A stretch of DNA of 64,000 nucleotides from an uncultured Thermodesulfobacteriota bacterium (lineage in GTDB: Bacteria > Desulfobacterota > BSN033 > WVXP01). The position numbers and the translations under genes are program-made. Numbering within the stretch: position 1 is the first letter of the stretch; each line of letters starts with the position of its first letter. The notes under the pieces are model-generated. The model was given only the letters and a program-made list of their open reading frames with translations. It made no database searches and was not told the origin of the DNA. The DNA is taken from contig CAYFYO010000005.1 of assembly GCA_964347335.1 (NCBI GenBank), forward strand, positions 1,703 to 65,702, given 5' to 3'. Below, piece by piece: positions 12,553 to 21,366 of this stretch.

Positions 12553-12966
12553 ATGCGACTCGCCCAGAGACCTCAAAAGCGCGCCCGAATCGAGATCATC
12601 CCTCTCATCGATTGTATGTTCCTTCTTCTGGTATTCTTTATCTATTCCATGCTCTCTATGACAGTCCACCGCGGCATTCAAGTGAATCTGCCTTCCGCTC
12701 AGACAGGACAGGCCGACAAACAGAACTATATCTCCGTCAGCATAACCGAGGATGAGAGGATATTTGTCAATGAGCGAGAGGTGTCTCTTACCCATCTCTT
12801 GGACCATCTCACGGGAGAAAGGAATAACGATCCTGACCAACCTGTTTTCATCAACGCTGACCAGGCCGTCCGTTATCAGATGATCATCGATGTTTTGGAT
12901 AGTGTCAGGGCTGCAGGACTGAGCAGAGTATCCCTGGCTACCCGAAGAAAGTCCGATGAATCGTAA
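12553..12966 (+). CDS. exbD: Biopolymer transport protein ExbD/TolR
   Basis: 137 aa. N-terminal IEIIPLIDCMFLLLVFF TM segment, then a periplasmic domain (FINADQAVRYQMIIDVLDSVRAAG). Confidence 0.85.
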   Translation: MRLAQRPQKRARIEIIPLIDCMFLLLVFFIYSMLSMTVHRGIQVNLPSAQTGQADKQNYISVSITEDERIFVNEREVSLTHLLDHLTGERNNDPDQPVFINADQAVRYQMIIDVLDSVRAAGLSRVSLATRRKSDES

Positions 12967-13753
12967 TATCCTTTTAGGCGTCATATGTTCCTTGGTGTTC
13001 CATGGCTCTCTTCTCTGGGTCGGATCCCATCTTCCCCGGGGTACGATCCCAGTCGGGTCTCAATCTGCGACACTTAATCTTTCAATTGTCACGCTCCATT
13101 CGGCACGCCAGGATTCAGCCGACTTGAGCTTTGAAGAAGAGACCCGCCGAAGGGTACCGGGGCCAAGGCCTTCTCCCCCCCACCCTCGCCCTGTATTTGC
13201 GGAAATAGAACCCATGTTGTCAAGGGAAGTCTCGGACGATAGGGTGAAAACGGTCCAACCGCTCGTCATGGCTTATGCGGTGGCCCAGGAAAAAAACGCC
13301 CTGGATCCCATACCAGACCCTCAACCGATCTGGAATGCGAGGGTGATCGTCAAGGACGCTCTTGGAAAGAGCGAACCGTCTTCAGGACAAGCCCTCAGCA
13401 TATCAAGAGGACCTTCAGACAAAGGAGAGGGTGCTTCTGGCACCGTCGGTGGGGACGCTCAGGTCATTGAGGCCGTCCCGGACTACGCCGTCAATCCGAG
13501 GCCCTTTTACCCGAGGCGGGCAGTTCTGAGAGGCCAGGAGGGAACGGTTACGCTCTTGGTTGAGGTTCTGCCTGATGGCTCTGCGGGGGAGGTGGATATT
13601 TTTGCATCGTCCGGCCATATCATCCTCGATCGTTCCGCCCTGAAAGCCGTCCGGAAGTGGCGCTTCAAGCCCGGAACAAAGATGGGAAAACCTCTAACCA
13701 TGAGAGTCAAGGTCCCAGTAGTCTATAGACTCCAGGGGGATTCGAATGGTTAA
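12956..13753 (+). CDS. tonB: TonB-family energy transducer
   Basis: N-terminal TM, Pro-rich spacer (PGPRPSPPHPRP), and C-terminal TonB domain (YPRRAVLRGQEGTVTLLVEVLPDGS..ALKAVRKWRFKPG). Confidence 0.85.
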   Translation: MNRNILLGVICSLVFHGSLLWVGSHLPRGTIPVGSQSATLNLSIVTLHSARQDSADLSFEEETRRRVPGPRPSPPHPRPVFAEIEPMLSREVSDDRVKTVQPLVMAYAVAQEKNALDPIPDPQPIWNARVIVKDALGKSEPSSGQALSISRGPSDKGEGASGTVGGDAQVIEAVPDYAVNPRPFYPRRAVLRGQEGTVTLLVEVLPDGSAGEVDIFASSGHIILDRSALKAVRKWRFKPGTKMGKPLTMRVKVPVVYRLQGDSNG

Positions 13754-14675
13754 GATCCATTCGCGATTCACGAGAATTGCCATCGGCCTCGCAGCCGTTC
13801 ATGCGATTTGTGGAGGTTTACGAGTCCCATCAGGTTTCGTTCATGGTGAGGAGCGTACCTTTAGGGACGCCATCGGGAGAAATGTCAGGATTCTCCACCC
13901 TCCAAAAAGGATTGTCTCTCTTGCGCCTGATATTACGGAAACCCTATTTGCGCTTGGCCTTGATCGCGAGATTGTCGGCGTCACCCGTTTCAGCAATTTT
14001 CCACCAGCTGCCAAAAAGAAACCCAAGGTCGGGTCCTATGTTGCGATCAACACGGAGGCAATCATCGATCTTCGACCTGATCTCGTTCTCGGTACTGCCG
14101 CGGGTAACTCGAGGCGCCAGGTTGAGAAGCTCTCCCGCATGAGCCTCGCCGTGTTTGTCGTCTATCCAAGAGACTTCTCCGACATTCTCGAAACGATTCA
14201 CCTCATTGGAGAGGTCGTTGGACGAGAAAAAAAGGCAAACCGTATTGTCAAACAGATGAACCTGAGAATAGAGAAAGTCCGCCAACGGATCAGAGAGCGA
14301 AAAAGGCCTCGGGTGTTTCTCCAGATTGGCAGGGACCCTATCTTCACGGTTTCGAAGGGGAGTTTTGCCGACGATCTCATTGCCATAGCTGGAGGCGAAA
14401 ACATTGCGAGGGATGAGAAAGTCCCCTATCCGAGCTACAACCTGGAGGAAGTTATCCTCAAGTCTCCAGACGTGATTATCATCAGTTCCATGTATACCGA
14501 CAGCGATCATTCTCGATGGCTTGATGACTGGAGGAAATGGACGGTCCTTCCTGCGGTAAAGAACAACAGGCTTTACGTTATTGATTCAGACTTAATCGAT
14601 CGTCCCTCTCCGAGGATCGTCGAGGGCCTGGAACAGATGGCCCGGATGATCCATCCCGGAGCTTTCAAAGAATAG
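13746..14675 (+). CDS. btuF: Periplasmic cobalamin/siderophore-type ABC substrate-binding protein
   Basis: 309 aa with a signal peptide. Type III binding-protein motifs (RIVSLAPDITETLFALGL..VVGVT, PDLVLG, PDVIIIS). It lies in the riboswitch-controlled operon. Confidence 0.75.
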   Translation: MVKIHSRFTRIAIGLAAVHAICGGLRVPSGFVHGEERTFRDAIGRNVRILHPPKRIVSLAPDITETLFALGLDREIVGVTRFSNFPPAAKKKPKVGSYVAINTEAIIDLRPDLVLGTAAGNSRRQVEKLSRMSLAVFVVYPRDFSDILETIHLIGEVVGREKKANRIVKQMNLRIEKVRQRIRERKRPRVFLQIGRDPIFTVSKGSFADDLIAIAGGENIARDEKVPYPSYNLEEVILKSPDVIIISSMYTDSDHSRWLDDWRKWTVLPAVKNNRLYVIDSDLIDRPSPRIVEGLEQMARMIHPGAFKE

Positions 14676-14734
14676 GATGTGAATAAATCTAATCGGTTGT
14701 CCACGGCAATTTTTCACGGGAGGACTTAGCTCGG

Positions 14735-15751
14735 GTGATTGCCACCTTCAGACGGTTTGTCGCTGTCAATCTGGTGCTACTATTCGTCCTATTGGCAGTC
14801 ATGTTGATCTGCCTTTCCTTCGGAACTGTCCGTATCGGGCTGGCCGAGGTGCTGCGGTCCCTCATCTGGGGAATAAAGGGGATAGGCCAAGAAGAAGGAC
14901 AGCGTCTTTCCACGATCATTCTTTCGATCCGACTTCCCAGAATTCTCTTGGCCGCCATCGTCGGAGGTGCTCTCTCCGTCGCGGGATCAATGTTTCAAGC
15001 CCTTTTGAGAAACCCACTGGCCGATCCTTACATTCTCGGTGTCTCAAGTGGTTCGGCCGTTGGTGCGGTGCTCGCTATGATGCTCGGACTCGCGGCAACC
15101 TCCCTCGGCCTCCCTCTCGCTTCCTTTGTCGGAGCGATTGGAACGGTGCTGATTGTTTTCAACGTGGGCAGAATGGGACGGAGAGTGCATACCAACACCC
15201 TCCTTTTGGCTGGGGTCATCATCAATGCTTTCTTCGGTGCAATTCTCATGTTTCTGATTTCTATTTCAAGGACCGAAGCGCTTCACAGCATCATTTTCTG
15301 GCTGATGGGTGACTTTAGTTTCGCCGATTACCGAAAGGTGGCTTTGGCCTTTCCATATATCTTTTCGGGAATAGTCCTGGCCTACTTTCTCGCGCGCCGG
15401 TTGAACTTGATTGTGGCGGGGGAAGACGAGGCCTTGCAACTCGGAGTTGACGTAGAAAGGGTCAAAAAATATGCCTATGCCTTGGCCTCTCTGGTCACCG
15501 CCGCGGCGGTTTCAGTGTGTGGGTTGATCGGGTTTGTGGGGCTCATGATTCCCCACATGATCCGGTTGATCTTGGGATCTGATCACAGACTCCTGATTCC
15601 TGCGACTGGTCTTTGGGGGGCAGCGTTTCTGGTGATTTGCGACACACTCGCTCGATCGATTCTGGCACCCATGGAACTGCCCGTTGGCGTGGTAACCGCA
15701 GCCTTCGGCGCCCCATTCTTCATCTATCTTCTCAAAACCAGAAGTATGTGA
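14735..15751 (+). CDS. btuC: FecCD/BtuC-family ABC permease
   Basis: 338 aa, polytopic. Motifs LRLPRILLAAIVGGALSVAGSMFQALLRNPLADPYILGVSSGSA and GVVTAAFGAPFFIYLL. Confidence 0.85.
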   Translation: MIATFRRFVAVNLVLLFVLLAVMLICLSFGTVRIGLAEVLRSLIWGIKGIGQEEGQRLSTIILSIRLPRILLAAIVGGALSVAGSMFQALLRNPLADPYILGVSSGSAVGAVLAMMLGLAATSLGLPLASFVGAIGTVLIVFNVGRMGRRVHTNTLLLAGVIINAFFGAILMFLISISRTEALHSIIFWLMGDFSFADYRKVALAFPYIFSGIVLAYFLARRLNLIVAGEDEALQLGVDVERVKKYAYALASLVTAAAVSVCGLIGFVGLMIPHMIRLILGSDHRLLIPATGLWGAAFLVICDTLARSILAPMELPVGVVTAAFGAPFFIYLLKTRSM

Positions 15752-15755
15752 CAAA

Positions 15756-15920
15756 AAAGACGGAATTCAGGATCCAGGAGTCAGAATTCAGAATTAAAGA
15801 CCAGGGAGCAGAGTTCGGGAGTCAGTCATCGGAATGAAAGACCAGGGGGCAGGGTTCAGGAGATAGTCGTCAGAATGAGAGCTGAACCTATGCTGACTTC
15901 TGACTCCTGACGACTGGTTT
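15756..15920. repeat. Composite intergenic repeat between btuC and btuD: three ~41-nt tandem units closed by a 17-nt inverted repeat
   Basis: Units at 15756-15795, 15796-15836 and 15837-15877; the last two differ at about 7 of 41 positions by eye. CAGGAGTCAGAATTCAG (15775-15791) is complementary to CTGACTTCTGACTCCTG (15893-15909) with one mismatch. AGTCGTCAG (15865-15873) pairs with CTGACGACT (15907-15915). Confidence 0.8.
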
Positions 15921-15923
15921 TTT

Positions 15924-16709
15924 ATGATTCAGACAGAAGACCTATCATTCCGCTACAATGGCGATTGGGTTCTGCGCAATCTCACCTTTGGCGTTGCGAA
16001 AGGTGACTTCCTGGGGATTGTCGGCCCGAATGGAACCGGCAAGACGACTCTCCTGAAACTGCTCTACCGGTTGATGTCTCCCCAGGAAGGTCGGGTTCTT
16101 ATCGACGGGAGAGATTTGGCCCAGATGACCCGGGGGGAGATATCGAAGAGGATTGCTGTGGTTTCCCAAGAAACCCAGATCAATTTCCCCTTCGTTGCCC
16201 TTGAGATTGTGTTGATGGGACGATCTCCCCATTTGAAGGGGCTTCAATTTGAGCGGAAGAGGGATTTCGAAATTGCCCAAAGAGCGATGGAGTTAACGGA
16301 CACGCTTCACGTTGCCCACAGACCCTTCAACGAACTCAGTGGCGGAGAAAAACAGATGGTTTTTATTGCCCGCGCTCTGGCTCAGGAGACCGATCTAATT
16401 CTCTTCGATGAACCTACGGCCAATCTCGACATTCGCCACCAAGTGCATTTCTATGATTTGATGACCACCCTCAATATCGAGAGGGAGATGACCGTGGTTA
16501 CGGTGAGCCATGATATCAACTTGGCCTCCGAATTCTGTAAGCGGATTCTTCTCCTCCATCAGGGCAGCCGATTCGCGCTCGGAAAACCTACCGAGATCAT
16601 CAGCAAGGCCAATATCGAAGCCATCTATCAGACACCGGTACTTGTCGATCAGAATCCCGAAACCACCGCTCCCAGAGTGACATTGCTCAGGAGGAGAAAG
16701 CCATCCTGA
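15924..16709 (+). CDS. btuD: ABC transporter ATP-binding protein (BtuD/FepC type)
   Basis: 261 aa. Walker A GPNGTGKTT, signature LSGGEKQ, Walker B LILFDEPTANLD, H-loop VSHD. Confidence 0.85.
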   Translation: MIQTEDLSFRYNGDWVLRNLTFGVAKGDFLGIVGPNGTGKTTLLKLLYRLMSPQEGRVLIDGRDLAQMTRGEISKRIAVVSQETQINFPFVALEIVLMGRSPHLKGLQFERKRDFEIAQRAMELTDTLHVAHRPFNELSGGEKQMVFIARALAQETDLILFDEPTANLDIRHQVHFYDLMTTLNIEREMTVVTVSHDINLASEFCKRILLLHQGSRFALGKPTEIISKANIEAIYQTPVLVDQNPETTAPRVTLLRRRKPS

Positions 16710-17011
16710 CCAGAGACCAGGCCGTGAGAGGCTATCAATTCCAACGTCTCCGAACCATTTCCGTTGCAAGAAGCCCTGAGGAGACTCAAAGGGCCCCGGG
16801 GGCGGATTGTTCATGAGGCTAATACCGGTTCATGAATAATCCGGGCTAAGGCTTTCAGCACAGCAAATGATCATGACAAGAGGATGAAACGAGTCGAGAA
16901 TGGAGAGGATCGCTATGTTTTGCCCTGTTCCTATCGATTTTGTGCCGGAAACATTGCCAAATTCGGATCACGTCTGAACGGTGTTCGTGGCATCCTAGGT
17001 TAAACAGCCTC

Positions 17012-17338
17012 CTATGCCTTCCAGGACCCGAAATGCTTGCCCCGATTCCGATCCCCTTCCGGTTTCGTCCCACATTCCTCACAGGACTTCACCGCTTCGG
17101 GACGATCAAACTGGCAGTTGACACATCCCATCTGAAACAGCTTCCGCTGAATCGATACAAAATCCGAGTCGGTCATCCCCCCTCGAAAAGGACAGTTTCT
17201 GCAGCCTACATTTCCATCTACACACTCATCCGCTTCTTTCACACTATGGCCTTCTGAGATTGCCACAAATCTACACAGATAGGTTTCGGTGTCTTCAGTT
17301 CGCAGAAAATCCCTTAACACAAGTTCTATTTGGTTCAT
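17012..17338 (-). CDS. Small Cys-rich protein, function unknown
   Basis: The ATG at 17338 follows AGAGG. 108 aa with CxxC pairs (GCRNCP, GCVNCQ, SCEECG). No family recognised. Confidence 0.45.
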   Translation of the reverse strand: MNQIELVLRDFLRTEDTETYLCRFVAISEGHSVKEADECVDGNVGCRNCPFRGGMTDSDFVSIQRKLFQMGCVNCQFDRPEAVKSCEECGTKPEGDRNRGKHFGSWKA

Positions 17339-17621
17339 TTCACGACCTCTTTCAGAGTTCGGAGGAAAACACAGGCCGAGGTGACTGGCCTTTCTCGCAA
17401 AAGAACTGGAATCCACTCATTCACCCTTCATTATCGCCAGAATCAAGACACGAGATACGGCGCGAAAGTCTATAAACTCAATCAGGCGCAATGTGAGAGT
17501 GTTCTGAGTTACGGTTCTCTCCAAACTCCTTCAAATGGTTCTGATCCACACAGTCAACCGTACGCCCTTTTACCACCAATGTATCTCCGCTCCTAACTCT
17601 CAGCGTCTATGGCTTAAGTCT

Positions 17622-18617
17622 TTAGGGCTCCAGCTCCAGGAATGTCTCAACCTGTGCCTCTTTTTTCAACATCGCGACGTACTGCTTCGTCTCTTCCTCG
17701 ATCTTTCCCCGTTTGAGAAACTCCTGGATTCTCCCTTTGATGTCCTTGTAGGCGATCGTCGTTTCAGGTTTTCGGTCTGTCACTTTGATGAGGTGGTACC
17801 CGAACCTGGTCTCGACGACGTCGCTCACCTCGCCCGGTTGTAAAGCAAAGGCGGCGTCTTCAAAAGGTTTTACCATCTGTCCGCGTCTAAAATAGTCAAG
17901 GTCTCCACCCCTGACACGACTCGGGCCCTCGGAGAATTCTGTGGCAAGGGTTGCAAAATCTTCACCATTCTCGATCCTCTCTTGGATCTTCTCAATCCTC
18001 TTGCGTGCCTCGGTTTTCTGCGAGCTCTCTGCCTGCGCATCGACTTTTATGAGAATATGGCTGGCACGCACTTGCTCGGGTTGTTTGAAAACGTTCGGGT
18101 GGTCGTCATAGTAACTCTTGATTTCTTCTTCCGAGACATTTACTTTGCCGGCAATTTCCCCATCGATCAATTTCTGGATTGCCATCTCTCGCTCAATCTG
18201 CGATTTTAGGCCGTCTTCGGTAAGATTCATCTGGCTCATAACCCTTTTGAATTCGGCTTCACTCGGAAATTGCTTTCTCAGAGTGCTCATCCGTTCGTCG
18301 ACCGCTGATTGGTCAACTTCGATTCCTCTCTTCTGGCTTTCCTGATACAGCAACTCTCGGTTGATCAGGCTTTCAAGGACTTCCCCTTTGATTCCCGATA
18401 GCTGAGAAGCGCTGAGCGGCTTTCCCTGCCTCAAAAACATTTGCTGCACACGACTCAGCTCACCCTCGAAATCCTCCTGGGTGATCACGGAGCCGTTAAC
18501 CACGGCAACTTTGGCCTCGGCAGGCTGCTTTTCTTCTGCCCATGCCGGAGAAGTCGGCCAGGCGAGCGCCAATGCCAATGAGAATGACAAAAATCCTATT
18601 CGGCTCCGTAACTGCAT
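17622..18617 (-). CDS. Periplasmic parvulin-type peptidyl-prolyl isomerase (SurA/PpiD-like)
   Basis: 331 aa with a signal peptide. Rotamase domain RASHILIKVD..FATLATEFSEGPS..GGDLDYF..GEVSDVVETRFGYHLIKV. Confidence 0.85.
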   Translation of the reverse strand: MQLRSRIGFLSFSLALALAWPTSPAWAEEKQPAEAKVAVVNGSVITQEDFEGELSRVQQMFLRQGKPLSASQLSGIKGEVLESLINRELLYQESQKRGIEVDQSAVDERMSTLRKQFPSEAEFKRVMSQMNLTEDGLKSQIEREMAIQKLIDGEIAGKVNVSEEEIKSYYDDHPNVFKQPEQVRASHILIKVDAQAESSQKTEARKRIEKIQERIENGEDFATLATEFSEGPSRVRGGDLDYFRRGQMVKPFEDAAFALQPGEVSDVVETRFGYHLIKVTDRKPETTIAYKDIKGRIQEFLKRGKIEEETKQYVAMLKKEAQVETFLELEP

Positions 18618-18840
18618 CGTTCTTCCCCTTTTATCTGGATTTCGCTGAAGTTGAGGTTCGAATGCCTCAACAATGGCTGCGACGCTGAGCGCAGGAGCGC
18701 GAGGTATTATTGGAAAAGGGGTATTCTGTCGCGGGAAAGATCAAGAAAGGTAAGGGAGCAGAGACGTCCCTTCTCTCCGCACGTTCTCTAACTCATTGGG
18801 ACGATGACCCTTTTTGACAATACCTCAATCTCCATGACGG

Positions 18841-19146
18841 TCAGAATCTTTCCTTCCTCCTGAAACCTGTTCTGCCAGAAGAGGTTTTCTTTCTCTCCCC
18901 CCTAGACCTAGCCTCTTGGACAACAATCTTTCTTCCGTGAAGCTCCAATTCGTTTAATTCCCGGATCGCTTCCTTGGCCTCTTCGTCAGTGGCCATTTCC
19001 ACAAAACCAAATCCTCTTGAGATGCCCGAATACCTATCCCGGACAATGTTCACTGAGCTACACTCCCCTATTTTCCCAAAGCTCTTGCTGAGATCCTCTT
19101 CCGTGACCTCATAGTGCAAATTCCCAACATATAGCTTCTTAGACAT
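18841..19146 (-). CDS. RRM-type RNA-binding protein
   Basis: 101 aa. RNP2 KLYVGNL and RNP1 RGFGFVEM, with an Arg-rich tail. Confidence 0.85.
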   Translation of the reverse strand: MSKKLYVGNLHYEVTEEDLSKSFGKIGECSSVNIVRDRYSGISRGFGFVEMATDEEAKEAIRELNELELHGRKIVVQEARSRGERKKTSSGRTGFRRKERF

Positions 19147-19170
19147 TCCTATCCTCCTACCGAGAGGGGC

Positions 19171-19371
19171 CTATCTTGATCTATAGGACCGGCTTATAGA
19201 CCTCCGTCTCCTGCGGTTCGCCTCGAATCTCTTCCGTTTTTTCTTGACACTCGGTTTCTGATAGAATTTTCGATTCTTGAGTTCCTTTTGTACACCCTCC
19301 AACTGCATCTTCTTTTTGAGTGCTCTAATCGCCTTTTCAATATCATCCCTGACCTCTACACTGATGGCCAC
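19171..19371 (-). CDS. rpsU: 30S ribosomal protein S21
   Basis: The GTG at 19371 lies 6 nt after GGAGGAGG. VAISVEVRDDIEKAIRALKKKMQLEGV..FYQKPSVKKKRK fits S21. The longer ATG ORF from 19416 has no RBS. Confidence 0.8.
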   Translation of the reverse strand: MAISVEVRDDIEKAIRALKKKMQLEGVQKELKNRKFYQKPSVKKKRKRFEANRRRRRSISRSYRSR

Positions 19372-19482
19372 GTTGGTCCTCCTCCGAGCAAACTCCTGAA
19401 TCCTTCGATCTCCCACATGAAACGATTAGGTGCTGTGAACCAGAAGGTGCCCACATCCGACAGAAAAATACTTCACACAAAA

Positions 19483-19518
19483 GCCCTCGGGATCCTTAGA
19501 AATCCCGAGGGCCTTTTC
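19483..19518 (-). terminator. Hairpin terminator downstream of mgtE (bidirectional shape)
   Basis: GCCCTCGGGAT - 8 nt - ATCCCGAGGGC, followed by TTTTGTGTG on the minus strand and CTTTTC on the plus strand. Confidence 0.6.
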
Positions 19519-19701
19519 AAAACGAAACCTTTGGGCTTCCCAAGAAGCCAATCCGGGTAAGTATATGACGAAAATCCAGAGAAATCAACTACCGGTTTTC
19601 GTCGTTTGAGGTCGAGTCCCTATGAGGGGAGGCCCAGCTGGCCGCCGAAAAGGGAAGCAAAAGGGGCCAATCGATCAGTCCTCATGCCTACGCCAAGCCT
19701 A

Positions 19702-21054
19702 TTACGGAATGATGAACATGGCGAGGCTCAAGTAGAGGAGCAGGGTAAAGACGTCCATCAGGCTACTGATAAAAGGGCCGGACATCAGGGCCGGATCCCA
19801 GCCGAGTTTCTTGAAAAGAATCGGGAGGATGGCTCCAGCAGAAATCGCAAGCAAGACGCATACGACCATAGCCAAACCGACTGTCAGGCTCAGGGGGACA
19901 ACGAGATGTGGTTCGGGTCTCGTGAGAATGGCCCGAATCGCGGTGAGGAGACCCATGGCAAGACCTACAAGAAGGGCGATCCTGATCTCCTTGAATAGGA
20001 TCCTGAAGACGTCTCTCATTTCCAGTTCCCCTGTGGCGAGACCGCGAATGATTACCGTGGTTGTCTGCGTTCCAGCATTCCCCCCAGTCGCCGTGAGGAC
20101 AGGTATGAAGAAGACCAGGGCAATGACCGCGGTCAGTTGGTCCTGAAACCTCTGCATGACCCAGCCTGCCACGAATCCCGCCAGGACGAGGATAAAAAGC
20201 CAGAGAATCCGTTCACTTGCAATTCTGATTATCCCGGTATGGAGATAGTCGACCGGTTTCCCAGCCGCCGCTAGATGATAGATGTCCTCTGTAGCCTCTT
20301 CCTCGACAACATCGAGGATGTCGTCCACTGTCACGATCCCCACGAGACGGTCGTCATGGTCGATCACTGGTATCGCCAGGAAATCGTAATGTGAAATCTT
20401 GTCTGCCACCTCTTCCACGTTTTCGTCAATGGATACGCTAATGACATCCTCCTCCATGATGTTCTCGACCTTTTGGTTTGGCCGGGCAAGAAGGATATCT
20501 TTCAGGGTGACGAAACCCTTTAGCTTTCGATCCTGATCAACCACATAGACGTAGTAGACCGTCTCTTTGTTTGGGGCCTCCATCCTCAATCGGTTCAGGG
20601 CCTCATCCGCCGCGATATCCTTCCCGACTGAGGCGTATTCGGTGGTCATAATGGCTCCAGCGGTTCCCTCTTCATAGGCAAGGAGTCGCCTAATGTCGTC
20701 CCTTTCGGCCTGGGCCAGGAGTGGCATGAGCCGGTCAGCAATTTCGGGTTCCACTTGCTTAATCAAATCCACCCGGTCATCTGAAGACATTCCCTCGATG
20801 AACGGTAAGATGGCTTTTGGGTCCGCCTCCTCAAGACAGGTCTTCTGAATAGGGAGATCGAGTTGTTCGAATATTTCAATGGAAGTCCTGTTTCCGACAA
20901 TGGCGAGAATATCTAAAATCTCAGAAGGTTCAAGACCCGATACGAGTTCAGCCCCGTCTGCCGGGTGAACGTCTACAAAGACCTCCCGAATCGTCTCATG
21001 ATCTCTTGCGGCCATCAGTTGCCGCAGTTCCGGAATAAAGAGAACACCATGCAT
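19702..21054 (-). CDS. mgtE: Magnesium transporter MgtE
   Basis: 450 aa. N-domain, tandem CBS domains, and a C-terminal five-TM domain with GNAGTQ and PFISSLMD motifs. Confidence 0.92.
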   Translation of the reverse strand: MHGVLFIPELRQLMAARDHETIREVFVDVHPADGAELVSGLEPSEILDILAIVGNRTSIEIFEQLDLPIQKTCLEEADPKAILPFIEGMSSDDRVDLIKQVEPEIADRLMPLLAQAERDDIRRLLAYEEGTAGAIMTTEYASVGKDIAADEALNRLRMEAPNKETVYYVYVVDQDRKLKGFVTLKDILLARPNQKVENIMEEDVISVSIDENVEEVADKISHYDFLAIPVIDHDDRLVGIVTVDDILDVVEEEATEDIYHLAAAGKPVDYLHTGIIRIASERILWLFILVLAGFVAGWVMQRFQDQLTAVIALVFFIPVLTATGGNAGTQTTTVIIRGLATGELEMRDVFRILFKEIRIALLVGLAMGLLTAIRAILTRPEPHLVVPLSLTVGLAMVVCVLLAISAGAILPILFKKLGWDPALMSGPFISSLMDVFTLLLYLSLAMFIIP

Positions 21055-21366
21055 AGTTCCTCCTCCGACCCCGTGTGACCGATTGGAATCCCAAGTGATG
21101 ATCCAGTTTCTTGGCTATTTGATGATTCGACTCAACGGAAGGGTTTCAAAAAAGGCAGGAAAAAGGGAAGGTCATCTCTAAGAAGTTTTTCCGAAGCAAT
21201 CCCCCCTTTCTTCCTGCAAGCGTTGGTTACTGTCACTATCGTCCATTTTTCCTCCTTCAGACCTACTGTCTATCACAAATGAGTCGAGAAAACAATAAGT
21301 AAACTTCGAGGAGTTCCCCCAGAGATTCGGAGGTCAACCCGTATGTATGGGAGCACCTTATTTCCC

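Noticed and set aside
18650-18671. T-arm-like hairpin GTTGAGG-TTCGAATG-CCTCAAC suggesting a tRNA
   Set aside because: The loop is 8 nt rather than 7. No acceptor, D or anticodon arms can be built from the flanks.
21055-21366. Possible M-box (Mg2+) riboswitch in the mgtE leader
   Set aside because: I could not recognise the conserved M-box core by eye. It needs a covariance-model scan, so no call is made.
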